64,000 bases of DNA from Gammaproteobacteria bacterium. GTDB taxonomy: Bacteria; Pseudomonadota; Gammaproteobacteria; JACCXJ01. The notes under the pieces are model-generated. The model was not told the origin of the DNA and searched no databases. It saw only the letters and a list, made by a program, of their open reading frames with translations. The position numbers and the translations under genes were made by a program. The stretch spans positions 3,307 through 67,306 of the forward strand of contig JBOIDR010000002.1 of assembly GCA_050740695.1 (NCBI GenBank), read 5' to 3'. This document shows, one piece after another, positions 10,001-20,544 of this stretch; within the stretch, counting starts at the first letter, position 1; each line of letters begins with the position of its first letter.

Positions 10001-10540
10001 GAGGCTCGGGCGGAACGCGACAGGCTGGAGCGAGAAAAGCTCGCCCGGCAGAATGCGGAGCAGGGGGAGGCCCGCCGCCGCGAGCAGCAGCTCGCGGATC
10101 TACGCAAGAAGGCGAGGTCGGCGCTGGCCGGCAACCGGCTGACCCGTCCCCGGGGTAACAACGCCGTGGAGCTTGCCGCCCAGATGCTTACCCTGGATAA
10201 AGGCCGCAACGAAGGCCTTCAGATCCTCCAAGAGGTGGTAGGCCGCTATGTGGCGATGGGTGAGCTGGCCGTCGCCGGCGAGGATCTCGCGGTGGCGGAC
10301 GATCATTATCGGGCCGCCGAGCGCGTCGTGAAGGATTACCGGTTGCCGGACGCGGAACTTCGTCGGCTGGATCGGCGTCTTACGGCCAAACGACAAGAGA
10401 TCGCCGAAGTGGAACGGCGTGCGCGTGATAAGCGGACGCCGATCGTCTCGTCGCCGCCCGCGGAGGTTTCGCCCCCGGCGGATCCGCCGAAGAAAGCGGA
10501 CGGGGGGAGGTCGAGAGTATTCGTGCCCCCTTCGTTCTAG
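7049..10540 (+). CDS. Hanks-type Ser/Thr protein kinase. It has one TM segment and a very long C-terminal extracytoplasmic Ala/Glu/Arg-rich coiled-coil region, with roughly 38-aa repeats, that ends in FVPPSF.
   Basis: Kinase subdomains: GxGxxG-like EKIGEGGMGEV, VAIK, HRDIKPANM, DFGIA, SPEQ. A hydrophobic segment (AALGLAVLAGVSLGV) at about aa 450. Repeats of the RLTxPxxNNA...L.L.PG..EA..L...V..RY type occur at least three times. Confidence 0.8.
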   Translation: MINEVIANCYQIVEKIGEGGMGEVFRGVDINLDRDVAIKVMRTELARRPEILQRFRKEAVVLAKLNHSNIATLYNFIHDGNNYYMVMEFAPGQTLDVLVADCVGGLPWRYALELFMDALRAIDHAHKQGIIHRDIKPANMMVSKRDTLKVLDFGIARVLGESGFTKAGIVVGTTKYMSPEQILGRSIDTRSDIYALGIVLYKMLTGHVPFEGLGEFELMKAQVEDRALPVRQIIPDLPEAVDEAIMRSLEKAPEDRFQRASEFIAALVPILRDDVADWESHRRDLRDQESGPRAPRQRGGQKRPVVIDGNLARKQAEMPTSSSRSGLMDDAYQPPPRQASPRQMPTRQSTPAPRLEVVRTPVPASASQVPTQALDTRVAAEITPPLRPRVPVTAEAGATTVDEPSIFGTRVGTKVMGTGKPVAPPTPSWRARIGEGLRPVLGWLSRLGWRRVAGAALGLAVLAGVSLGVRELMRPPDPEEIALWLAQAKQALAAGKVGPGDTAVSLAQDVLKWVPDHGEARDVVLAAVARLVSAGQSALQQGKLSDAKARLAEAETLVRDPALENPKLDKRSVAALAGGIAAEESRRTAIERAEREKAERERRIGELIAASRAALASEKFAEAAARAQEVLGLVPDQAEARQILDDALQGALKGMEEALARGDLAAVGAREAEARALVQQYGLPEAKLNDLAARRAREAQRQAEEEERLAGQKRAVEERTARVRGLLDKAQAAAEAGRWTVPPEDSAVGYAGAVLGLEPKSTEALRVIGDAVDAVVDEADGALGAGDMATAKARRDAAAKLASTYQVPSQSIAKLSERITEAERLAREAEDEAARLARETQEKKAALVAREAKIEDLIEKATRAIAQDRLTAPANDNAMKHVRDLVSLDPGNVEAQGLAAGVRDRYIALADKAVADAHFTKARDLERQAGEIASEFRLSADPIRDLAARIAAAEDSNASAVIESREKAERDRAAEERLTQQKAEEARAERDRLEREKLARQNAEQGEARRREQQLADLRKKARSALAGNRLTRPRGNNAVELAAQMLTLDKGRNEGLQILQEVVGRYVAMGELAVAGEDLAVADDHYRAAERVVKDYRLPDAELRRLDRRLTAKRQEIAEVERRARDKRTPIVSSPPAEVSPPADPPKKADGGRSRVFVPPSF

Positions 10541-10620
10541 ATTATTACAGAACTTCAAACTGTACGAGACGAATTCGACGATGTAGAAGTCCCTTCTCTC
10601 GCGGGGGGAGACAGGTTAGG

Positions 10621-11457
10621 ATGAGGGAATTTCCAATGTGTTTCAATAGATTCAGCTTGTTTCGAGGTCTCTGCATGACCATTATGTCAATTAATGTCCG
10701 GCGCGGAATGCTCGCGTGGGTATTCGTGCTCGCGGCTTACCCGGGGCTCTCCGCGGGCGCCGAACAGAAGCGCCCGGCTCCATCCGCTCGCATTGCAGCG
10801 ATTCTCGTCCAGGCGGAGCGCGCCCTGGCGGAGGATCGGCTCACCCTGCCCTCGGGCCATAATGCCGTCTCCTATGCCCAAAAGGTGCTGGACCTCGCGC
10901 CCGGCCACCCCGCAGCCCAAGGGATCCTTCGCGCCGTTGTCACACGCTACGGGCTCATCGCCGGTGCCGCTCTGGACCGGGCCGAGGCGCTGAGGCGTCA
11001 GGAACTAGCCAGGGCGCAGGCGTATCGATCGCGAGGGGAGGGCGTGGCGCATCGGTTCAATCTTAGCACGGTGCCCTTGAGTGCCGTCGCGGAGCGCATG
11101 GATGGCGTGAAGGCTCGTCCCCATGGGACGAGCGTGGTGGATAATTCAACGATCATTATCGGGCAACGCCAGCCCCCGGCGGACCGAGTGCTCGACCGAC
11201 TGGTCGGCAAGTACCTATATGAGAGTGAGATCGCACTGGAGGGTGGCCGGGTGCACGATGCCCGGCGCTACTGGGAGGTCGCCGCTCAGATCGCGATGGA
11301 TCACCGGGTTTCGAATCCGGGCCTCGACGGGCTCGAGCGCCGTGTCGCCGCGGCCGAGCAGGAACGGGACGAGGGCCGGGTCCGGGCGCGTGAGGACGCC
11401 CGCCTTTCTGCGCAGGGCCGGTTGCTCAAGGCCGTATTCATTCCGCCCAGCTTTTAG
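10621..11457 (+). CDS. Secreted or periplasmic repeat-domain protein. It shares the repeat module and the C-terminal FIPPSF motif with the upstream kinase. The start may be internal (MSINV...).
   Basis: Signal-peptide-like MLAWVFVLAAYPGLSAGA. RLTLPSGHNAVSYAQKVLDLAPGHPAAQGILRAVVTRYG matches the kinase repeats. The protein ends ...VFIPPSF, and the kinase ends ...VFVPPSF. Confidence 0.5.
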   Translation: MREFPMCFNRFSLFRGLCMTIMSINVRRGMLAWVFVLAAYPGLSAGAEQKRPAPSARIAAILVQAERALAEDRLTLPSGHNAVSYAQKVLDLAPGHPAAQGILRAVVTRYGLIAGAALDRAEALRRQELARAQAYRSRGEGVAHRFNLSTVPLSAVAERMDGVKARPHGTSVVDNSTIIIGQRQPPADRVLDRLVGKYLYESEIALEGGRVHDARRYWEVAAQIAMDHRVSNPGLDGLERRVAAAEQERDEGRVRAREDARLSAQGRLLKAVFIPPSF

Positions 11458-12510
<1,053 letters not shown>

Positions 12511-12552
12511 GAGGTTGTGAAAAACCGTCGCGAGCGACTGCACGGGCGTGGG

Positions 12553-13962
<1,410 letters not shown>

Positions 13963-13976
13963 GATTTCGAGCCATA

Positions 13977-15020
13977 TCAGAGAGTGGGCAGGCGGACCGT
14001 GAAGCGTGTCTCGCCCGGTTTGGAGGTGAATTCGATGAGCCCTCCGTGGCCGTAGATGAGGGCCTGGGCGATCGAGAGTCCGAGGCCGGTGCCGCCGACC
14101 CGGCCGCTGACCATGGGGTAGAAGATATCGTCGCGGACTTCCGCGGGAACGCCCGGCCCATCGTCGATGATGTCGATGCGGATCACCGTCCGGTAGCGGT
14201 TGACGCCGATGGTGACCTGGCGATCGGCGCGCGTCCTCAACAGCACCTTTCCAATCCCGCACAGGGCCTGCCCGGCGTTGCGCACCACATTGAGGAAGGC
14301 CTGGATCAACTGGTCGCGGTCAGCGAGCAGCGCCGGCAGGCTCGGATCGTAGTCCCGCTCCACCGTCAAGGTGGGCGGACCCTCGGCGCTCACCAAGGTG
14401 CGCACGTGCTCCAGGACCTCGTGGATGTTGATGGTGCGTTTGTGCGGACGGTAGTTCGGCACCAGCATGCGGTCCACGAGACCGCGCAGCCGGTCCACCT
14501 CGTCGACGATGAGGCGGGTGTACTCGGCGTATTCGGGCAGCTCGCTTTCGAGCAGTTGTGCCGCTCCGCGGATCCCGCCCAGCGGGTTCTTGACCTCATG
14601 GGCCATGCCCTTGAGCATGGTGCGAATGGCGTTCTGCTGGTTGGCCACGGCCTCGTCGCGCAGCACGCGACGGTAACGATCGGCATTGCTCATCTCGACC
14701 AGGATGTGCGATACCCGGGTGCCCTGGAACAGCGGGGCGGCCGTGAAATCGAGTGAGATCCTCGTGCCCCAGGGGGTCGTAAGGTCCACACCCCATTCGG
14801 TCACCGCCTGTCCACTGGCCTGCACGCGTTCCAGGGCAGTGGCGAGCGCGGTGTCCCGAAACAGTTCGTCGGGGGCACGCCCGAGCACCTTGCGCGCGCT
14901 CGCCGACAAGAGATGCTCGCCGGCGGCGTTGATGAGCGTTAGTCTGGCCTCGTGATCGAACAGCAGCACGGCGGTGCAGAGATTATCGACCAACCAGCCC
15001 GCCTGAGCGTGCTCGATCAT
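13977..15020 (-). CDS. glnL: Nitrogen regulation sensor histidine kinase NtrB (NR-II).
   Basis: PAS-like N-terminus, H-box HEVKNPLGGIRGAAQLL, and HATPase motifs (DDGPGVP, GGTGLGL). It lies immediately upstream of ntrC on the same strand. Confidence 0.85.
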   Translation of the reverse strand: MIEHAQAGWLVDNLCTAVLLFDHEARLTLINAAGEHLLSASARKVLGRAPDELFRDTALATALERVQASGQAVTEWGVDLTTPWGTRISLDFTAAPLFQGTRVSHILVEMSNADRYRRVLRDEAVANQQNAIRTMLKGMAHEVKNPLGGIRGAAQLLESELPEYAEYTRLIVDEVDRLRGLVDRMLVPNYRPHKRTINIHEVLEHVRTLVSAEGPPTLTVERDYDPSLPALLADRDQLIQAFLNVVRNAGQALCGIGKVLLRTRADRQVTIGVNRYRTVIRIDIIDDGPGVPAEVRDDIFYPMVSGRVGGTGLGLSIAQALIYGHGGLIEFTSKPGETRFTVRLPTL

Positions 15021-15232
15021 ACCCCCTCTCCCTACAAAGCACCACGCCGGTGCGTGGCCTTACGCACCATGATGCTCGCCTCTAGGATTAGATAGAGTAC
15101 CAAATCGTGGGGTTACGTTGGCCCGGGCGGCTCATGCCGGTGCGGCGTTAACGTGTAGGCGGCAAAATCCACACCACGCGATGGGAGTGTGCCCCACCAC
15201 GACGCCGGTTGGGACCGGATTAAAGCGTTCGG

Positions 15233-15952
15233 TTACGGCATGCCGGGGGCGCCAGGCGGCACTGCCGGGGTTGCGGGAGGCGCCCCAGGGGGTGCTGCCG
15301 GGGCTCCTGGGGCTACGGAGATGCGCTTCATGTGGAAGACCGAGGGCGGTGATTCACCCAGCACCTTGCCATCCGCATCCACGATGCGCGCCTGCAGAGT
15401 GTAGGTATTGCGATCGAGGTTGGTCACCGTGAAGCTGGTGGCGGCGATCGGCTCACCCAGTGCTTGCCCGTTGAGCAAAACCACAAGCTTGTGGCCCAGC
15501 GTGCCCTGCAGCGCCGGCGCCACAGCGACCTCGATGGACACGTTGCCGGAGTTGTCCCACACCGTGCCGTCATTGGGCGGGTTGGCGACCGCGATCTTGT
15601 CGTATCCTGCGAAGCGAGGCGCAGCCGGGTCCGAGGGCGCCGGATCACCGGCCGGTGTGGGTGCCGGTGCCGGGGCGGCCGGCGCCTTGGGGATCCGGAT
15701 CACCTGTGCATTCGGTCGGGGCCGATCGGAATACTGGGTGTTGCCGTCGGGATCGACCCATCGGTAGACCTCCGCGGCGGGCGAGACCGCGCTCCAAAGC
15801 CCTAGACACAAGACCAGCCAATGCACGCAGGGAGCATAGACAAGCGCGCGGCGCGGGGCAAGGCTCGCCCCGGCGTGGTGGGCGCCCGTTGCCGGCCCCC
15901 CCGTGCCGCGGAAGGCTCGCATCGGAGAGGTGTGCGCACCGATGATGTGCAT
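15233..15952 (-). CDS. DUF4124-family secreted protein with a Pro/Ala-rich linker. The exact start is uncertain.
   Basis: Signal-like LVLCLGLWSAVSPAAEVYRWVDPDGNTQYSD is a typical DUF4124 N-terminus. A P/A-rich spacer is followed by a C-terminal domain. Confidence 0.5.
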   Translation of the reverse strand: MHIIGAHTSPMRAFRGTGGPATGAHHAGASLAPRRALVYAPCVHWLVLCLGLWSAVSPAAEVYRWVDPDGNTQYSDRPRPNAQVIRIPKAPAAPAPAPTPAGDPAPSDPAAPRFAGYDKIAVANPPNDGTVWDNSGNVSIEVAVAPALQGTLGHKLVVLLNGQALGEPIAATSFTVTNLDRNTYTLQARIVDADGKVLGESPPSVFHMKRISVAPGAPAAPPGAPPATPAVPPGAPGMP

Positions 15953-16021
15953 TGGCGGTCCGCGCGCACCATCCTTGCCGTGATGGTCCTTGCCGTGATA
16001 GCCAGAGGCGCTGGCCGACGC

Positions 16022-17269
16022 CTAGGCTCGCGGGATCACCTCTCCGCTCATGAGGTCCTGTACGGTTCCGCGGTGGCCGACCAGATGGATGCGCGCGCCG
16101 TCCACCAGGACCTCGGCGGCGCGCGGCCTTGTGTTATAGGTCGAGCTCATGGAGGAGCCATAAGCCCCCGCGGTACAGACGGCCAGGACATCGCCGGAGG
16201 AGAGGTTCAGAGCGCGCCCCGAGCCGAGAAAGTCGCCCGATTCACACACCGGCCCGGCGATCTCATAGCGGCGCTCGGGACCCGGGCGGCGTTCGACCGG
16301 TACGATGTCGTGCCAGGCGTCGTAGAGCGCGGGCCTCACCAGATCGTTCATGGCGGCATCGACGATGGCGAAATGCTTCTCTTCCACGTCCTTCAGGTAT
16401 TCGACGCGCGTCAGGAGCACGCCGTTCGGCCCCACGACCGCGCGTCCCGGCTCGGTGATGACCGAGAGCGGCGTGCCGCCCAGGCGGCTGAGGACGGCGT
16501 GCGCGTAGGCCGCGGGTGTCGGCGGCGATTCCTCGCGGTAGCGGATGCCGAGCCCACCGCCGATATCGATATGCCTCAATGCGATGCCTCGTGCATCGAG
16601 CCGTGCCACGAGGCCGAGGATCTGGTCCAGGGCCTCGAGCACGGGATCGAGGCGGGTGAGCTGCGAGCCGATGTGCACGGCGATCCCGCGCACCTCCATA
16701 TACGCCAGGTCCATGGCTTCTGCATACACGGCCTCGGCCTCCCGCGCCGGGATGCCGAACTTGTTGGCGTTGGTGCCGGTGGCGATGTAGGGGTGGGTCT
16801 TCGCATCGACATCGGGGTTGACGCGGATCGCCACCGGTGCGCGCACGCCGAGGGGAGACGCGATCTGATGGAGGCGCCTCAGCTCCGGCAGGGATTCGAT
16901 GTTGAAGCAATGGATCCCGACTTCCAGGGCGCGCAGCATTTCATCAGCGCGCTTGCCGACCCCCGAAAACACGACCTTTCCCGGGTCTCCCCCGGCACTG
17001 AGGACGCGCTCGAGCTCACCCCCCGAGACAATATCGAAACCAGAGCCCAGGCGCGCCAGGAGGTTCAGGACGGCGAGGTTGCCGTTGGCCTTGACGGCAT
17101 AACAGACGAGATGCGGATGGCTGCCGAAGGCGCTGTCGAAGGCGCGCCAGGCGCCCTCGATCCCGCTCCGCGAATAGACGTAACACGGGGTCCCAAACTC
17201 CTCGGCAATGGCCGTGAGCGCTACCCCTTCGACGTAGAGCACGCCGTTACGGTAAGAGAAGGGTTTCAT
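16022..17269 (-). CDS. lysA: Diaminopimelate decarboxylase.
   Basis: MKPFSYRNGVLYVEGVALTAIAEEFGTPCYVYS...VCYAVKANGNLAVLN matches the LysA PLP-fold family. The start is set at the internal Met (415 aa), not at ORF-track position 17485. Confidence 0.85.
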   Translation of the reverse strand: MKPFSYRNGVLYVEGVALTAIAEEFGTPCYVYSRSGIEGAWRAFDSAFGSHPHLVCYAVKANGNLAVLNLLARLGSGFDIVSGGELERVLSAGGDPGKVVFSGVGKRADEMLRALEVGIHCFNIESLPELRRLHQIASPLGVRAPVAIRVNPDVDAKTHPYIATGTNANKFGIPAREAEAVYAEAMDLAYMEVRGIAVHIGSQLTRLDPVLEALDQILGLVARLDARGIALRHIDIGGGLGIRYREESPPTPAAYAHAVLSRLGGTPLSVITEPGRAVVGPNGVLLTRVEYLKDVEEKHFAIVDAAMNDLVRPALYDAWHDIVPVERRPGPERRYEIAGPVCESGDFLGSGRALNLSSGDVLAVCTAGAYGSSMSSTYNTRPRAAEVLVDGARIHLVGHRGTVQDLMSGEVIPRA

Positions 17270-17438
17270 CCGAGGTGAGGCGTGACTCGGGTTTCTTCTC
17301 GCGATACAGGCCGCCCTTCTGGCCGCAGGCCACGAGGGAGGAGAGGAGCAACAGGCCGATGATGAAACGCCGGGCGGGCCCACCGTCGGTCCACCGGATG
17401 CGCGCGGGACGAGGGGTGGTGTCACGAGGTGTCCGCAT
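17247..17438 (-). CDS. Small putative lipoprotein, LppL-like, upstream of lysA. Its 3' end overlaps the lysA start by about 22 nt.
   Basis: A lipobox-like RRFIIGLLLLSSLVACGQKGGLY. The position upstream of lysA is conserved in other proteobacteria. The start codon is uncertain. Confidence 0.35.
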   Translation of the reverse strand: MRTPRDTTPRPARIRWTDGGPARRFIIGLLLLSSLVACGQKGGLYREKKPESRLTSDETLLLP

Positions 17439-17683
17439 GGGCAGAGGATACCAAAGTCCCGGGCCTCGAGTCGTATTGCCTGCATTCGCCAGATGGAGGA
17501 CCTCTACTGCGCCCGGGCATATCAAGGGCGTGCGCAGGCACTGTGACTTCCTCTTCGGGCGCTAATACTAGATACTTACATTGCAACGTTGACCACAGGG
17601 GTGAGGGTGAGGGTTGGGCGTCGGATAGGCCTGAGAGACTCAACCCTGCTCCCCTTCCCTACCCCTTCCAGTTTGTAGCCCTG

Positions 17684-18349
17684 ATGTCTGCAGCGCACAT
17701 CGTCGGACTCCTCTCCGTCTTTATGGCGGGGGGTTGCGCCGGGCTGGAGCGCGTGCCGCCGGGCGAGCCGCCCCAGATCGGCGTGACGCGGGGCGCGTCC
17801 GCCGCGCCCGAGCCGCTGGCGCCTCCGGCCCAACCGATGAAAGATAAGGGTTCGATGCCCGAGCCTCCCGAGGCCAGCGCCACGGAGAGGAGGACCGTTG
17901 CGCCGTCCGTGACCCCTTGCACGGCTCAGCGCGCCGCCAAAGCCGCCTCGCCGGCCGCCGAGACCCCGGCAAGGCTCGTCGCGCCACCCGTGGCGACCGA
18001 GAGAGGATTCGAGAAGGAGAGCGCCGCACCGGTCCCTGTGAAACAGGCGCCGCCGCCGCTGGATCTGAAATCTCTCGAGACGCGACTCAAGGAGACCGAT
18101 GCCATCGGCGTGTTCACCAAGCTCGCGCTCAAGAATCAGGTCGATGACCTGCTCGACAAATTCAGGGCGTTTTACCAAGGACGGCTCGAGACCACCCTCG
18201 CCGAGCTTCGGCAACCGTACGATCTGGTACTCCTCAAGGTGCTCGCTCTTCTGCAGGATACCGATCCGCCGCTGGCCGCTGCGATCGTGGCGTCGCGTGA
18301 AGCGATCTGGGGCATCCTTGCGGATCCAACCAAATTTGCAACCCTCTGA
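17684..18349 (+). CDS. Putative lipoprotein, hypothetical.
   Basis: Start at MSAAHIVGLLSVFMAGGCAG (lipobox). The rest is Pro/Ala-rich with no recognisable domain. Confidence 0.45.
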   Translation: MSAAHIVGLLSVFMAGGCAGLERVPPGEPPQIGVTRGASAAPEPLAPPAQPMKDKGSMPEPPEASATERRTVAPSVTPCTAQRAAKAASPAAETPARLVAPPVATERGFEKESAAPVPVKQAPPPLDLKSLETRLKETDAIGVFTKLALKNQVDDLLDKFRAFYQGRLETTLAELRQPYDLVLLKVLALLQDTDPPLAAAIVASREAIWGILADPTKFATL

Positions 18350-18370
18350 TCTGCCGGCAGGAGAAGTACT

Positions 18371-18625
18371 GTGAGCAAACGCATTGAGACTTGGGCCCTG
18401 ATCCTGGTGATGTCGACGCTCCTCGCCGCACCGTCGCGCGCTGCGGATGACGTATCGGTCCTGAAGGATCTGACGGCCGTGATCGCGCTCCTCGGCTTGC
18501 CATGTGGTCAGGTCGTCAAGACCACACGGCTGAAGGACAACGACCACCTCGCGACGTGCAAGGACAAGAACCGTTACCGGGTATTTGTGAACTCCAAGGG
18601 CCGGGTCGTCGCGCAGAAACAATAG
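18371..18625 (+). CDS. Small secreted hypothetical protein (84 aa).
   Basis: Signal peptide MSKRIETWALILVMSTLLAAPSRAADD. No known domain. Confidence 0.4.
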   Translation: MSKRIETWALILVMSTLLAAPSRAADDVSVLKDLTAVIALLGLPCGQVVKTTRLKDNDHLATCKDKNRYRVFVNSKGRVVAQKQ

Positions 18626-18834
18626 GGCGGTTGTGCCTGGCGAAATCTCACCACGCGTCTGGCGCGCTATCGTCGACGCGGGTGAAGGAGGTGCGTCGAT
18701 GCAACGGTCGCCGGGGCCGCGACCGGCTAAACGAATGGGTCATGAGCTGCAGGTCGACGGCCGCGCGTACCTGTCGAACGCCATCCTGGCTGATCTCCCT
18801 TATCCGTCATGCAAGCCGCACGGCGGATGAGTTA

Positions 18835-18972
18835 CTAGCCAAAGACATTTGAAATTCGTCGTCCCTTCCCCCTGGAGTACGGGCCCGACGCGATCGGCTT
18901 GGCGCTGCAAGAGGACAACTGAATCTGTGCACGATGTTCAACTAACCAGGTAAGTCTCGATTGATTTGTCAT
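18835..18972 (-). CDS. Small ORF (45 aa) preceded by a strong Shine-Dalgarno sequence. Function unknown.
   Basis: AAGGAGG lies 5 nt upstream of ATG (minus strand). Product MTNQSRLTWLVEHRAQIQLSSCSAKPIASGPYSRGKGRRISNVFG. It sits at the edge of a low-GC ORF-poor region. Confidence 0.3.
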   Translation of the reverse strand: MTNQSRLTWLVEHRAQIQLSSCSAKPIASGPYSRGKGRRISNVFG

Positions 18973-19401
18973 GAACAACCTCCTTTGAAAGAGCCGACCC
19001 TTGTTTGTTGTGACGCCCAACGTGGCTGGTAAGCGGCGTACCGTAGGCATGTCCGCTTGACCTGCGGGTGTACGCCCAACATGGGCCGCACTTATGGGGC
19101 GAAAGTCCCCGGTAGGAGTACCGGTAATGTCCTCTTGTAGGACAAAGGTAACTACGAGGCGAAAACAAGGGTAATCCCGCGAGAGGTGGTCTGAAGGAAG
19201 CCCGAGCGCAAAAGTGCGAGCCGACGACAAAATCGCCGGAAGCGATTTTGAAGCGCTCTGTCGAGGGTCCGCATTGTCACGGTGTTTCTCGTTGCAAGAG
19301 CGCGACAGTATGCCGTGTACTGACTCCAGAGTTGGAAGTCGTAGAACGACGGCTTACTGCACTCATAGGGTGAATCAGGCGCGGCCGGGTGGTGGGTTTT
19401 A

Positions 19402-20295
19402 CTAGGCACGCGCGCGGCGCAGCCTGCTTCTCGCGGGCAGCTCGCTGTCGTAAATGCGCTTGACGCCGTCGCCGAGCGAGGTCTCGATGTCGCGGAGGTT
19501 GCGCACCAGGCGCTCGAAACCTCCGATCTCGACCGAGGCCGCCTGGTCGGTACCCCACGTGGCCCGATCGAGGGTGATATGGCGCTCGACGAAGGTGGCG
19601 CCCAGGGCCACCGCCGCGCCGCTCGGGGCGAGGCCGGTCTCGTGGCCGGAATACCCGATCGGGGTCTCGGGATAGGCGGCCTTCAGGGTCGGGATCATCT
19701 TGAGGTTCAGCTCTTCGAGCTTGCACGGGTAGGTAGAGGTCGAGTGCGCGATGAACAGTCCGGCCCGCCCCCCGGGACCGTGGAGACCGACGGTCTCGAC
19801 GGCCGTGCGGATCTCTTGCACCGTGGACATCCCGGTCGAGATCATGACCGGCCGCCCGGTCGCGCGTGCCTTGCGCAGTAAACGCAGATCCGTCAGTGAG
19901 GCGCTGGGGAGCTTGTAGAAAGGCGGCTCGAAACGCGCCATGAAGCCGATCGAGTCCTCGTCCCAACACGAGGCCGTCCAGTCGATCCCGAGATCGCAGC
20001 AGTAGCGGTCGATCTCCAGGTAATCCTCGACCCCGAGTTCAACGCGAAACCGGTAGTCGATGTAGCTCATCCGACCCCAGGGAGTGTCTCGCTCGACGCC
20101 CCACTGGTCCTTGGGCACGCATACCTCCGGATTGCGCTTCTGAAATTTCGCCATGTCGGCCCCGGCGCGCTTGGCGCCGGCGATGAGCGCCTTGGCGTGG
20201 GCGAGCGAGCCGTTATGGTTGATGCCGATCTCCGCGATAATGTAGACTGGCTCGCCGTCGCCTATTGCGCGTGCCCCGATATCCACGATTGCCAT
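19402..20295 (-). CDS. N-acetylneuraminate synthase (NeuB/SpsE) family protein. It has the TIM-barrel domain only, with no C-terminal SAF domain.
   Basis: MAIVDIGARAIGDGEPVYIIAEIGINHNGSLAHAKALI and ...GYSGHETG are NeuB-family motifs. Start at the internal Met. Confidence 0.7.
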   Translation of the reverse strand: MAIVDIGARAIGDGEPVYIIAEIGINHNGSLAHAKALIAGAKRAGADMAKFQKRNPEVCVPKDQWGVERDTPWGRMSYIDYRFRVELGVEDYLEIDRYCCDLGIDWTASCWDEDSIGFMARFEPPFYKLPSASLTDLRLLRKARATGRPVMISTGMSTVQEIRTAVETVGLHGPGGRAGLFIAHSTSTYPCKLEELNLKMIPTLKAAYPETPIGYSGHETGLAPSGAAVALGATFVERHITLDRATWGTDQAASVEIGGFERLVRNLRDIETSLGDGVKRIYDSELPARSRLRRARA

Positions 20296-20544
20296 GGTCC
20301 CCCTTTCTCGTCTCTTGCCTGTCGGACGCAAGCTATTCTTACAGCGGTCGCCAATCGCCCATTCTCGATCCCTAGCCCTCTCGCGGAGGCAAATGGGGCC
20401 TAAGGAGGCGATTCGTGGCCGTGCCTATCGTATGCCTTCAAATACGCCATGCCTGTGGCGCGGTTGGTGGGCGATGGCGCAGACAACGCCTCTAACCCCC
20501 AAACACAGGGATGCCCAGCCACCGCGGATGTTCGCACAGTCCTT

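Noticed and set aside
19100-19140. RNase P RNA-like GAAAGTCCCCGG
   Set aside because: The match to GGAAAGUCCGGGCUCC is imperfect. Other RNase P universal elements, such as AGGGUGAAANGGUGCGGUAAGAGCGCACC, are absent nearby.
19170-19215. SRP (4.5S) RNA-like motif GGTCTGAAGGAAGC
   Set aside because: Only a partial resemblance to the domain IV consensus (AGGUCCGGAAGGAAGCAGC). The GGAA tetraloop context and the flanking helix are missing.
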